Source: Amphiscolops sp. MND2022
Lineage: Eukaryota
DNA: 64,000 nt
Direction of reading: 5' to 3'
Assembly (NCBI GenBank): GCA_964187785.1
Contig: OZ076416.1
Location: forward strand, 41,354,001 to 41,418,000
This document shows, piece after piece, positions 13,061 through 25,443 of the stretch (position 1 is its first letter; every line of letters starts with the position of its first letter). The position numbers were made by a program, and so were the translations under genes. Below the pieces are notes generated by a model. It saw only the letters and a list, made by a program, of their open reading frames with translations, was not told where the DNA came from and searched no databases.

Positions 13061-14949
13061 AGCGTTAATATATAACGTTTGAATGCCTTTTGTCGAACAT
13101 TATGGACCTTAGACTCAACCATAAATGGTCCAGACTATGTTCAGTCTGTGACCATGAACACGTAAGAACATCTTATGAATGGCTTGGAATGATACTCTGT
13201 TTATTTTGACAGACTGTTATCAGCCTGTTTTCAAGATGATTGCAATTATAGCCTGAAGATTAGATATAAAATCCCTCTGTTTTCGCGAACGTGGAGACTT
13301 CTACGATCATAACACTGAACCATTGCTGAGAGTGTGTTCAATTCACTTCATCATAATTCAAAGCTGAAGACGTAATTCACAGTAATCTTAATAATATCAG
13401 AAAGAAAACCACGACTCACTTCAAAGTCAAATCGAATCGAGCGATGACTCACGACAATGGCGACGAAGAAAAAACCAACGTGGTTCTTTTCAACTCCCTC
13501 CGCTACTATTTTTCTGCAGAAACAATCGAAAATATCAACACAAAACGGATTAAACTCGAACCAAACTGTTATGTTTTTATCACAAATTTTTGACCGCAAT
13601 ACTTGACCTCAAACTACTGTGTCAAAAAAACTTTTTCAAACTTCAAACCAGTTAACACGGAACTACTTCAGAAAGGGCGCTACTATGTAGATGAACCAAT
13701 TCAAAGTCGGAACCGATAGATCCAAGAGCCACATATACTATATGTTGTGATGTTCTCCGGTATCTACGAGAGATAGTTTCATAAGCAAAATTGGACAGCA
13801 TGGCTTCTTTGCGGTTGTAATTATTGAACTTGAATCTGATATTCGGACCGGAAAGAACTAATTGATCTGTGTTTTACTTTGATGTATTCAAAATGTAACG
13901 TTATATGAACTTGTAAGATGATGTAGTTATTAGTGAATTTTTCTCCACCTACCAGTGTTTTACCTTTCAGGAAATCGTTTTTGAACTGCAAGAAGGCCCT
14001 GTCGCTTGCATTTATAATACGACCTAAAGCCCTCCAACATGCTCTCATTGCTTTATTGGGTATTCAACCGGCATTTCGAAACATCAAAATGTTTTTCAGT
14101 TCCAGCGGCTTCTTTGTTATTTTCTGTCCACATTTCATACGGAAAAGGAAAAGATTTAAATCAGCCGCTTTTTCTCCAGAATTTGCCATGTTCCAAAAAT
14201 TTATAGGGTTTCACCCATAAAATTCAACTGAAGGAACGCTCTTTTAATGTGATATGCATTTTAGAGATAATAGGACTTTTGGGCCCCAACGACGACCACA
14301 GAATGACCCAAAATTGACATAAAAAAGACAGAAGATCCGAAAGTGACGAATTTTCAACCTTTTAAACCCTATTAGCATCGTGGTACGTATTTGCACCACT
14401 TAATGTCTGCAAACTTCTAAAGCCACCAGCTGACCGTATGGCAAAGAATCCTCTTGACTCAGATTTTCCGACAATATCACATAGCATTGCGCGATTCTTC
14501 ACGGATTGTTGACTTGATGTCTCCAAAATCGAAAAAAAACGGGATCAAAAAATCAAAAAAATTGAGCGCAAACTTTCCGTTTTTCCTGTTTTCTTGTATC
14601 TCCTCTTTATCCCACTGGGGACAAAATTGGTTCAAAGAGACCCTAGCATGTTTTGAAACATGCTGAAATGCAGCCAGAGACTCGATGCGTGCAACGTTTA
14701 AGCGCAAAGTCCGGAGCCAGTGCGGCGAAGCAGTTTAAAAATCAAAATGAAAGCCCTGATTATCTTCTTTTGAACGCGCTAAAAATTGTTTGTCGGACTT
14801 GAATACTTTTGGAGATATTGCGGTTTAAAGTTTAGGCATCAGATTTTTGGATGGATCCCAAAAATTCAACCTCCATTCCGGGTTAAACAGTGGTTGTCAA
14901 AGTTTTGATCAACTTCGTCGATTAGAACGTTATACACGTTCAATAACGA

Positions 14950-16340
14950 GTGAATGTCCATTGATGTCCCTGCGGCTTTCGTGAAGAGAGAAATACAAAA
15001 ATGCCTCAAACAAAATAAAAATGCCTCATATTAAATCCAAAAAGGTCGAAAAGTCAAAAAATTACCGTTTTTGTCGTTTTTCATGCAAGTTGTGTACAAT
15101 TTCCAGAGTTTTTTATGGATTAGAAGTTACAAAACGTTCAAAGATACCAAAATAGATATACAGTACGCTTTTTTGATGAAATGCTTTGCTTCGATAACGC
15201 TTAAGAATGACCCCAAATTAGTCGAAAGTCAAAACAACATTTTACCGTTTTACATTACGCAGTTTTTATGAAATATTTTGAAAAGTTTCGTTGGTTAAAA
15301 AGTTGAACACGTTGGACAACGATTGAACTTGTTACTCAGTGGGTCTTTTGTCTAAATATCTGCCGATTTAAGTTTGAACAAACCTCAAAATGACCTCAAA
15401 AATGCAGAAATTTGCTATTTCGCATTTATGACATTTTTTGGAAACTTTTTGTGGAAACTTTTGTACACAAAAATTTTTACAACTATCAAACGAAGTAACT
15501 GGCTATTCTGTAAGTTTTGTATTGCAGTTTTCTAGGTTGAACGTCACCTCAGAGTTGCCCAGGTTATATTAAATAAACAAAAAAAGTAAATTGTTTGACG
15601 TTTTGTTTCAAATTTTGTAATTGTTTGAAGAAATGAACGTGGGTAATAATGATGAAACCATTCGACCGCGAACATAAGCATTATCCATTGGCCGTTCTGA
15701 AAAAAATTGCGGTTCCATATTAAAAAGTGCTTCAGACTTACCCGGAAACGGTGGAAAAGTTCAATTCTTTTGGCCAGTTGTGCAAATTTAAAGGCAAAAT
15801 CGAAACATTTTGTGGCTTCGAATGTTCGAGAAAGAAAAACTTGCTATGCAAACTTGTTGAAATTTTGCATTCAAAACACATCAGAATGACACCAAGATTG
15901 TCGAAATCGAAAGATTGTAATAATTGTCATTGTTTGTTAACTTTTTGACAATGTTCGTGAACTATAATCTCAAAAAAATTAATATTGATTGAAGTATTTG
16001 TCCAGTACGCTTTTTGTAGAGATAAGAACAAACGAGATAACTAGTTATGCAGTACGCCTCTTGTAGGAAACACTTATCATTTTCTAGGTATGATGATACC
16101 TATGAAAGACTCAGAATCTTTGAAAAACTGACAAATTTTCGACGTTTTTCTGCAGTTTTCGTGACATTTTTGAGCAGTTTTCTGAGTTAGATTGGTGTTA
16201 ACGTTCAACACCGACAAACTCAGCATCGAGTAGGCGTGGTTTTATGAGATATATGCAGCTTCTTGTTCGAAAAGTGTTTAACATGACCGCGAAGTAATCG
16301 GAAATTTTTGATTTTTCAGCAAGTGTTTCTACAAAACTAT
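14950..16340. repeat. Highly degenerate array resembling F1 internal repeats
   Basis: Recurrent AAATG(A/C)CTCAAA...TTTTTATGCA...AACGTTCAAC segments like those at 8030-9200. Ends not defined. Confidence 0.45.
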
Positions 16341-16396
16341 AGAAATTTAGTAGGTTATGTATCCAAACAGTTTCAGCGACAAAGCAATTAGGTTAG

Positions 16397-18726
16397 TATC
16401 GCAACCCAAGAGGTGTCACGGAATGCAAACAACAAGAGGAACGCCTGAGGAGGGAAGCAGGGAAATTGACCAGAGTAGGTCAGAAATGCCATACCAAACC
16501 TAAAAAGGAAAACCAACAAACAGCCTAATATTATCTAAATAACATGTAAATGTACATTTACTACCATCGTGCTGTACCTGAAATATATAGATATGTATAT
16601 AATTATATAATAATAACAAGCGCAGTTTCGAGCAACGCGTCGACTGGGGAATTGCCTCAGCGGCAGTAGTGATTTTAAATAATTCCGTCCGTATTGACCA
16701 ATCAGAATTGAGGGCAGTTGATGCTAATAGTGAAAATGAGTCAACGTCCCAGGCAGCATACCAGTCAACTGAAGCTGGGACGCACGCTCAGTCGCACTGC
16801 CTGAGTATACAGATGCAACTAATTGACGCTAAATTTGAATGAATTTTCACAGCTTAAAAGAAGCCAAATACCAAGAGAGTGTCCAATGAATATTTGTTAC
16901 CAATAATTGAGCGTTATTATTTTCCGCCCATATTTCATATGGGAAAGGAAAATATTTAAATCAAACGGGTTTTTTTTTTTTTTTTTACAAAATTTGCCAA
17001 GATTTTATTTATATTTAAATTTAAGGGTGTTACCCATAGAATTCAACCCACATAAATTTAGCTTCGTGCGATATGTATTTGTAGAGATTTTTGAAGTTTT
17101 TTTAAAAAATGACGAAAATGACGAAAATGACCCCTTAATGACAAAATGACCCCTTAATGACAAAATGACCCCGAAAATGACAAAAATTCCCAAATTTCTC
17201 ATTTTTAAACATTTTTATGCAATTTTTGCCATTTTTGAGACACCGCGAATTAGAAAAATGGACAAGATGAATCGAAGCTTTCTTTTCTTCGAACTTCTCA
17301 GCGTTTTTATAGGGCATTAGTTATTCTTGAGCCTCAAATTTATGTAGTTGTAGAACAGTTCGGGGCGGAAAATATCCCGCTCCTCAGCGGGCGTCTTGTT
17401 GATGTATTTGATTCACCTTGTGTTTGAGTCAACCTCCCAGGCAGAGTGCTAAATTTCCCAAGTAAAACGACAACCTGGACAGGTGACCAAAATTATCTGA
17501 GTAATATATATCATTTGGTTATTTCATTTGCGAAGCTGTCTTCCTTAGATGTATTGACTGACAATATAATAGTGAAATAACCCCCCAGTGCTATTATTCA
17601 CCCCAACATGCATCGTTTAGTTCACATACAGTTGAGTCAACCACCTGGTCAACCGGCCAGACGACCCAAAAGGAAACTCGTTGCCTGGCGTTCACCCAGG
17701 ATTTTAATTGCTTGTTCCAGCCTAAAACACCAATTAACGGCTATAATTGTCTGATTAAAAGAAAATCAGTGCTGTTAATTTGTAACACCGAAGTATTTTC
17801 TCGATTTGTTTACTAGCAAAAATTGGGAATATTAAATGTAAATTTTACTCTCCTTTCCCGCTTCAGTAGCTAGATTCATGAATTGTCAGTGCCAACTTTG
17901 GCTCGGCGTCTTGAATTGGCGGGAAATGAAGAAGGAAGCGACGCGGAATCGGGACTTCGGCAGGAAGTTGATTCCCACTTTTCCTTTAAAGTGAGATGAC
18001 GCTGAAAGCCGAGTCCCGAGGAAGCAGACCTAAATTGGATTTTCCTGCCTCGGATTGACGCTGAGCTGAACGAGGTGTGAATTCACGCGTGGGATTTATC
18101 CCGCGTGTCTAGCGAAAAGTATATATACCTGAGGCGGGTTAAGGAAAGGACCAATATTTGTAATTCGACGGACCGTTCGCCTGTAACCTTGAATATTATT
18201 TTCGTAACGTTATCTTTCCTAATAATTGTTGCTCTCTTGAACTATTCACTAGTATTCATTTTATTTGTGCAGTCCACAGTTTTGGATTCTATTTGTTTGA
18301 ATAAATGACCTTGTTTGGGAACAATTCGGATCTATAAATCACTTAGAAGACACCTACTTTGATTATTCCAAGCTAGTATACTTTCTTTAAAAATGCCTGA
18401 AAAGACCCAGAAAAGGAAATTAAGAAGTGATCAAAGTACCAGTCATGTAGAGATTGAGAACTATAATTATCCGTATGACAAAAATGCTAGTTTTTTGGAA
18501 CAGGACATTTCTAGCAAAGTTGAAAACCGCCTGTCAAAACGATTGAGAGATACTGAATTTGGACAAAGAGAGATTTTAAGGCTAATGGAGAATCCCACGT
18601 CCAAAGTAGACAGTCTATGAAACCCTGCTTCCGAACAATGTATTTCTGCCTTAAGTTACGAACTTGATACTCATCCTGTGGATAGCTCAGGAAATGAAAA
18701 TGCTAATAGGAACGTCGGTTCCAACA
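16397..18726 (+). mobile_element. 5' LTR (2330 bp including a 482-bp nested insertion)
   Basis: T(A)TCGC...CCAACA, aligns to 30265-32135. TATATATA at 18120-18127. Confidence 0.93.
16918..17399 (+). mobile_element. HINE-like F1 short copy nested in the 5' LTR
   Basis: Absent from the 3' LTR (empty site AGCGGTATTGATG ~30817). Inserted at TT with no TSD. subTIRs TTTTCCGCCC / GGGCGGAAAA, hairpin CCCGCTCCTCAGCGGG, CTTGT end. Confidence 0.82.
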
Positions 18727-19769
18727 TGGTGACATGAGTTTCCGCGAACCAGCAAGAAAACAACCACCAACGATCATCAAGTCTGCCGCCTCCAAACCAG
18801 AGGTATCCTGATGACTTCATAGATAAGTTTCTACAATCGTTGCAAACGGCAACCACCCACAACACTGGAATTCCCAGGCTACCCAAAGCCATGTCCACCA
18901 CGATGCCCACATTCGATGGGAAAACAGACAAATTCGAACACTTCGAGGATCTCTTTCAAACGAGCCTGAAAGTGTACCCCAATATCACAGAAGAGGAGAA
19001 GATCCACTACTTTCACTGCCTCCTCCGGGGCGAAGCCCTACAAACATTTAGAAATATGACTGTTGCCACCCGTGAACACCTCAATGACATGCTTGCAGGT
19101 TTCGGCCGCAGATATGTTCGACAACAATCTGTAGCAACGGCACGCTGCAAATGGGAAAACCTATCTTTCAGTCCGAGCCAACAAACTTTCCCCGACTTCC
19201 AAGAGCAGTACCAGAAGTTGGCCCAGAAAGCGTACGGAGAAGACGCCCCCAAGTTTATAGAAATCTCATTTTACGCTAAGATGCCGCCCCACCTCAAGAG
19301 GGTCTTAAACCAAGCCCGACTCGAGACGGAATCCTACGAAACCATGGTACAACGTCTCGAGAGGGAAATTGAACTTAACAGTTTGGCAGCGACCGACAGC
19401 CCACCAATTACAGGGGTAAACAACCTCGAACTAAGCCTACAACAACAACAAGAGAAACCTCCCAAATCAACAGGAACATGCTTTGGGTGCGGCAACCCAG
19501 GACATTTGTTACGAAACTGTCGCAAAACCAACAGGGACAAACGATCCCAGAGATACCAAAACTGAACTCACACTACACCATGTGAAACATGCGGGAAAAT
19601 GAGCCATGAAACCAAAGATTGCTACTCAGGAGCAAACTGGGCAAACCGCCCAACGTGGTGGAAAAAACCTAAACAACACCTCCAAACAATATCCCGATCC
19701 CTCAACAATCACAACCTACCCCAATGCAACAGCCGCAAACTGCACCAATGTCTTAACCACCAACTGTAA
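18393..19769 (+). pseudogene. gag: gag (starts inside the LTR; in-frame stops at 18618, 18734, 19563)
   Basis: One frame from MPEKTQKRK through the LTR end and PBS into PTFDGK...FEDLF capsid-like sequence. Zinc knuckles CFGCGNPGHLLRNC (19479) and CETCGKMSHETKDC (19581). Confidence 0.85.
18727..18741 (+). promoter_or_regulatory. Primer-binding site
   Basis: TGGTGACATGAGTTT immediately follows the LTR CA end. Tentatively complementary to a tRNA 3' end ...CTGTCACCA (tRNA-Leu-like, inferred). Confidence 0.7.
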
Positions 19770-20660
19770 CACAATCAACAAACGAATCGAAAAACTTCTA
19801 GAGCAACAGCTTCGCTTCGGGGACTACATCGACTACAGATATTACACGATATCTGAACCTCCGAAAACCACGATTCCGAAATGTTTGCAGAGTTTTCCAG
19901 TGAACCATCTACCGACTGGCAGCGGAGATGGCTCATCCGGCGCCCCATAAAGTTTAACAAATCCACCCTAGACAAGCTAAAATACCCGGAATGGTACTTA
20001 GAAAACCCCCAACTGTATAACTCAAGTAGACGCCCTCTCCCTCCCAGTTCCACTCCCGACACATACATTCATCACCCAGATTACAGTTGTGACCCCTACC
20101 ACAACCCCGACTTATACGACCAAGCGACATTAACATTCAAAGAGACGATTAACGTACCCTTCCACGAATTCGTCAAGAAGACGAACATGAATCTGGACAT
20201 AAACAAGAGGAGAGCCGACGACAATGGTGACCATCTACCCGTACCACCCGCCGACCTACAAGACATAGAGCTACAAGTCATTGTGTCACCACTCGTTTAC
20301 CCTCTTAAGTCAATCCTCAAAACACTTGTCTCCAACACGACCGTGAACAGGTCACCTACAAGAGTTCCGGCACCCACCAACGAAATCAGGGCCTCGATGA
20401 CATCATCACCATCATCCCTTCAAAGTCCAGAACTTCCAACAAAACAACGCTCACATCAAACGGAAACCACAACCACCGCAGTACTAGACGCATATAAAGC
20501 CGGGGACCCCCCCGTCAACCCAATAACCCAAACCTGCGTCGCCTCAACACAAAAAACAAGACGAATCAAACGGGCCCTGACTCGCGAGTTTGACAACCAC
20601 GCATAGCCCAATACCAAGGAGAATCACGAACCCGAAAATCACAAACAGAACGAGGGCAAA

Positions 20661-23600
20661 ATGTTGCTACAGCTGGACCCAAACCTACTAACCAGCATCC
20701 CGACTAGCGACAGCCCAACAGGCGAACAATGCCTACCCCTATTCTCTGCAATCGCCCTCAAACAGAAGAGACGCATGCTCTTTGCGCCAATGGATTTCCA
20801 ACATTTCTCCATAGAAGCGCTCATTGACTCTGGCGCCCTGGTCAACTGTATGCCCGAAAGTGAATTTCAAAAACTGAAGAACATAAGCCCAATAATATCC
20901 TTCAAGAAGCCGATCCTCCACTTTTCAAACTACAGGTCGCAAATGGCGACTTTGAAAGCTCAACCAAGACAAATCAAGTCCAGTTTGAAATTGGTGATTG
21001 GACGTTCAAGGAAACCTTTATTGTGGCGAACAAAATCACAGGCCCTATCATAGGCCTATCCTGTCTAAAGAATAATAGCGCCATACTGGACGCTAGTCAT
21101 GGACTCCTACACTTCCCTCATCTAACTTACGCAATAAACGCAACTCCAGATGAGCAAACACCAAAACCACACACGGTGACCATCGCGAATCAGATGACAA
21201 TGGCTCCAGACCAGTGCATCACAGTTGAAGCCATAGTCAACATCAAACCAATCGCGGACATCACTGGCATCGGCCACCCAACACAGAACTATTCCGACGA
21301 CAAACCCATAGTTCTCGCCAGCTCGCTATCCACTGTCCATGACATGAGAGTACCCATTCGACTCACGAATACCTCACCCACTCCATTCACAATCAAGAAG
21401 AATACAGTGGTAGCTGAATTTCGTATCACAACACCCAAAGAGGCCAAGAACAACAAACCTTTATCCACGGCAGCATTAAAGGTCCTAATCGAAGACGAGT
21501 CAGAACAAGCACTCGAGTACGTAAACGAACTGCTGAAAACAATGGAAAAACCAGAAACGACCCAACAGTTTTGGTTCCCCTCCCCGGACAGCCTGGGCGA
21601 CCCCTCCACTCACACTCCAGTCCAAAGACAAATCCTCAGAGAAATTGAAGAGTTGGAAGAAATCCAAAAACTGAACCCCACAAACAGCCCACAAGAAAAA
21701 CAGTAATTCCTCGAGAATTTCAAGTGGGAAGACTCACAGCTTGGCGAACAAGACCGGAAAGACATAGAGGACATCCTCGTCGAATACCACGACATATTCG
21801 CCCGACATCGCCTGGACATTGGAGTCAACCACGACTTCTAGATAAAACTGACACCAAAAAATGACATACACGCAAAACCTACCATGCCCAGTAAACCTCA
21901 AAGACGATCTCACGGTAGAACTTGCCCTGATGCACTAATACGGCATCATAACTACACTGTCGTTCAGCAGATACGCTAGCCCAATATTTGCTCAAAGAAA
22001 ACCAAACGGGCGCCTTAGACTGCTAGTGGATCTCGGTAAGATCAACGCCTAATAGCTGACGACTATACGAACAACAACCACCCCGTCAGCACCCTCTCCG
22101 ACGCAGCACAACACCTCGCCGGAAAGAAGTTATTCTGAAGCTAGACTGCTCCCAGGCTTACCACGTCCTGCAAATGGCAGACAAAAAGTCGGTAGAACTA
22201 CTAGCTTTCAATTTCGTCAGTCGAACCTTCGCATACCTGCGCCTCGCACAAGGGCTCAGCAGATCCCTCTCCTCCTTCTCGACCGAGTCATCAGAGCTGA
22301 CAAGTGCGCTCAGTACGTCGATAACATCGGGATTGCCACCCATAACGCTGAGGAGTTGAAGATCAACCTGTGTGAGTTCTTCCAGTGCGTCCGCGAAGCA
22401 GGACTGCGTTTGACAATGGCTAAATGCCAGTTCGCTGCCATGGAAGTCCAATTCCTTGGACGAACCGTGTCACACGAGGGCATCGCCCCACAAGATCAGA
22501 AGATTCAGAATTACCTGCAAAAACTGACCTTCCCGAAAACCAAAAAGGGCCTACAGCGCTACATTGGCTTTGTTACATACTATCGGAATTACATCCCCAG
22601 GCTTTCGAAAAGATAGCCCCGTTCCACGAACTTATCAAAGCCGAAAAACCCATCAAGATCACAAACGAGATCATGAACAGTTTCACCAGCATCAACAAAT
22701 CATTGGACAACGCGTGCGGGTTGTGGCTCAAACAACCCATGCCCAACAGACAATGACCATGCTCATGACCGATGCCAACTTCAAAAATGCGGGTTACGCC
22801 CTCATGATTGAGGATAATGCAGAAGAAAAAATCACGTCAGTGAGGAAAACTTATGCACCAGTGGCATTCGGCTCCAAAATGTTCTCTCCGTCTTAGATAA
22901 AAATGTCCAAATATGCGAAAGAATTCCTGGCCATCTACTTTGCCTTCATGGAGTATAGCCACATTCTTTGGGAATCAACCAAACCGGTTGTCGTCCTCAC
23001 GGACAACAAATCTGTCACACGATTTTTCCAGTCAAAAACCATTCCACCAGCCTTGTGGAACGCGTGCGTTTTTGTCCTCCAATTCCACTTCACCATTGCT
23101 CACAAACCGGGCAAAAAGAACACAGCCGCGGACTTTCTGTCCCGCCTCGAAATTCAGCCGAAACACAAGGTACACCTCACGATACGAGATGACATTCGTA
23201 CAACACCTATCCAGGTAAACATCCAATCGTCCGATACAGAAGAAGAGCAACTTTTTGTCATGCCCGATGACGATACGGAAACAGAAGAGCAGATCTGTGA
23301 GCGTAAGCTCCGCGCTCGCAAGAACTTCACTTCTGAAGTTGACCCCCCTCCCCTTACAAGCGAAACGACCACAGAAACAACGGGCAGTGACCATCAAGTC
23401 ACCATATTTCAAACGGAAGTACTACTAACCCAAACAACCTCCGAAACTACCAGTGAAGACGAGGGTGCGTCGAAAACTATGCGACATCAACAAGATCAAG
23501 ACAACGTCCTGAGCAATTATAAACTCCGCTTGCTCAAAGAACCTTACAACGAGCAGCTCTTAGCAAGCGACCCCCGCACAGCTCGATACATTGTCCAGGA

Positions 23601-25015
23601 CAGCAGAATAATCTTGAAAGATGGACTGTTTTACCGGCAGTACTATGATCACGCAGGAAAAGTCAAATTCCTACAGATTCTGCTACCTGAGCACCTACTC
23701 GAATCATTCATTCTAGCGCACCATGGCCAGGCAGGCAAACACCCCGGGATAGCTAAGGTCATACAACAGTGTCGGGAGAAATACTACTACCCGGGCATGG
23801 CAGCCAGGATAGCTCACCACATCTCCCGATGCGCCGAATGTATGCAGACAAAACGGATATGCCCTCCGAATGGATATTGTCCCCTTCGACGAGCCCTCCG
23901 GCGGCTATAATGCAATCATCACGGCGATGGACGTTTTCTCACGTTATCTAATTACTTACAATGTAGTCAGAACTGATGCCCCCACAGTAGCCCGAGTTCT
24001 GGTGGACATCATGACCCACCACATCTACCTCCCAAACACCGTAATTTCAGACAAGGGCACACAATTCATGTCTGAATTCATGGCTGATGCAACTAGAACC
24101 CTGGGCTTACAACTCAGACATGCCACGACTAAACACGCCCAAACCATTGGAATACTAGAGAGATGCCACGCCTCCCTAAAGGAGTCATTAAAGATCTCAA
24201 CCGGAGAAAGAAGAACAATGTGGCACCAATGCGTGGCTATTGCAACGCTTCACTACAACACGTCGTACCACTCCGCCCTCGGTTGCAAACCGAGCAGGGT
24301 ATTCCACGGGAAGATACCGTACAATGTGTTGGACCTCAAGTTTGGCATTCGCAATGCACAACAAACAACACCGACGACGGCCCCTGGAGAGGACATATTA
24401 CACAGAACGCAGCAGATAAAAAAAACTGTGAGCAAAAACTTAATGCAATCTTATATAAGATACAAAGTAATGCGACAAAAAACTAACGCTCACCCCCTAA
24501 ACGTCAACACATAATGCTACGCACTACATCCGAAAGAGAACACCCAGGGCACCAAAATCCCGTTTAGAGAATACCTCTGGACAGGACCATTCATTGTCGT
24601 CAAAGTTCTGCCGAACAACAACTACCTCATACGCAAACTCCAGACACAGTTCACACAAATCTTTCACATGATCCGTTTGAAACCTTGCCCAACCAACAAA
24701 CCGCTTCCAGACAAACCAGTCTTATCCAAAGATTATATACCAGACAAGGAAGTAGACGTCTTCCACGACGACCTATATGCCCAAGCTTGGCATTCGAACT
24801 CCGAAAATTTTACCCCAATACCCAACACCCCTTTCCAGACGGAACCTACCGTAACGATTCCCGAGCCACCCGAGGATCAATCGACTAGAAGAGAAACCCG
24901 ATCACCCGACCCAGAAGAATTCCACCCAACACTTAGCCCAGATGAACGCTCAAATAACACAGTACTTAGCATCAGTTCAGATAACCACGAAAATGATGCC
25001 ACAACCCCAGCCTAG
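20661..25015 (+). pseudogene. pol: pol (protease, RT, RNase H, integrase) with many frameshifts and stops
   Basis: ALIDSGA protease (20826). RT active site reads YVDN instead of YVDD (22314-22325). RNase H TDA...KEFLAI. Integrase H..H/CxxC, MDVFSR, SDKG, LERCH, plus WTGPF (GPY/F) motif at ~24578. Confidence 0.92.
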
Positions 25016-25443
25016 AATTCTCCACGCAAAAACAAATATAAGCTACGAGCAAACCCCCCGTCAAACTGGAAAAAGGGTTTTGCTTACTATAATCCAATGA
25101 ATGTCAACCCTATTTTATAAAAAACTGAATATTTCATTACTCGGAAAGATAATCGTCTCATCTACTGATCTACGTTACCTCAACTACCTTTAGACTCAAC
25201 TACGAACTCAAGAGAAAAACAACACAAGGAGCAAAATATACTAAAGACACCCCACGCCCACTGCGGACAAACATCCATTTCTTTTTCCTTTTCACTTCAA
25301 TACTAACTACAAGCGATTAACACAATTCAGCTCATTCAACGACAAACATACTACGTAACAAAGAAGTAAAAGAACGACGGCAACAATAAAATATCAGCCT
25401 AGAAAACACACACAATTCAATGTTTCATTAAACTAAGAAGCCA

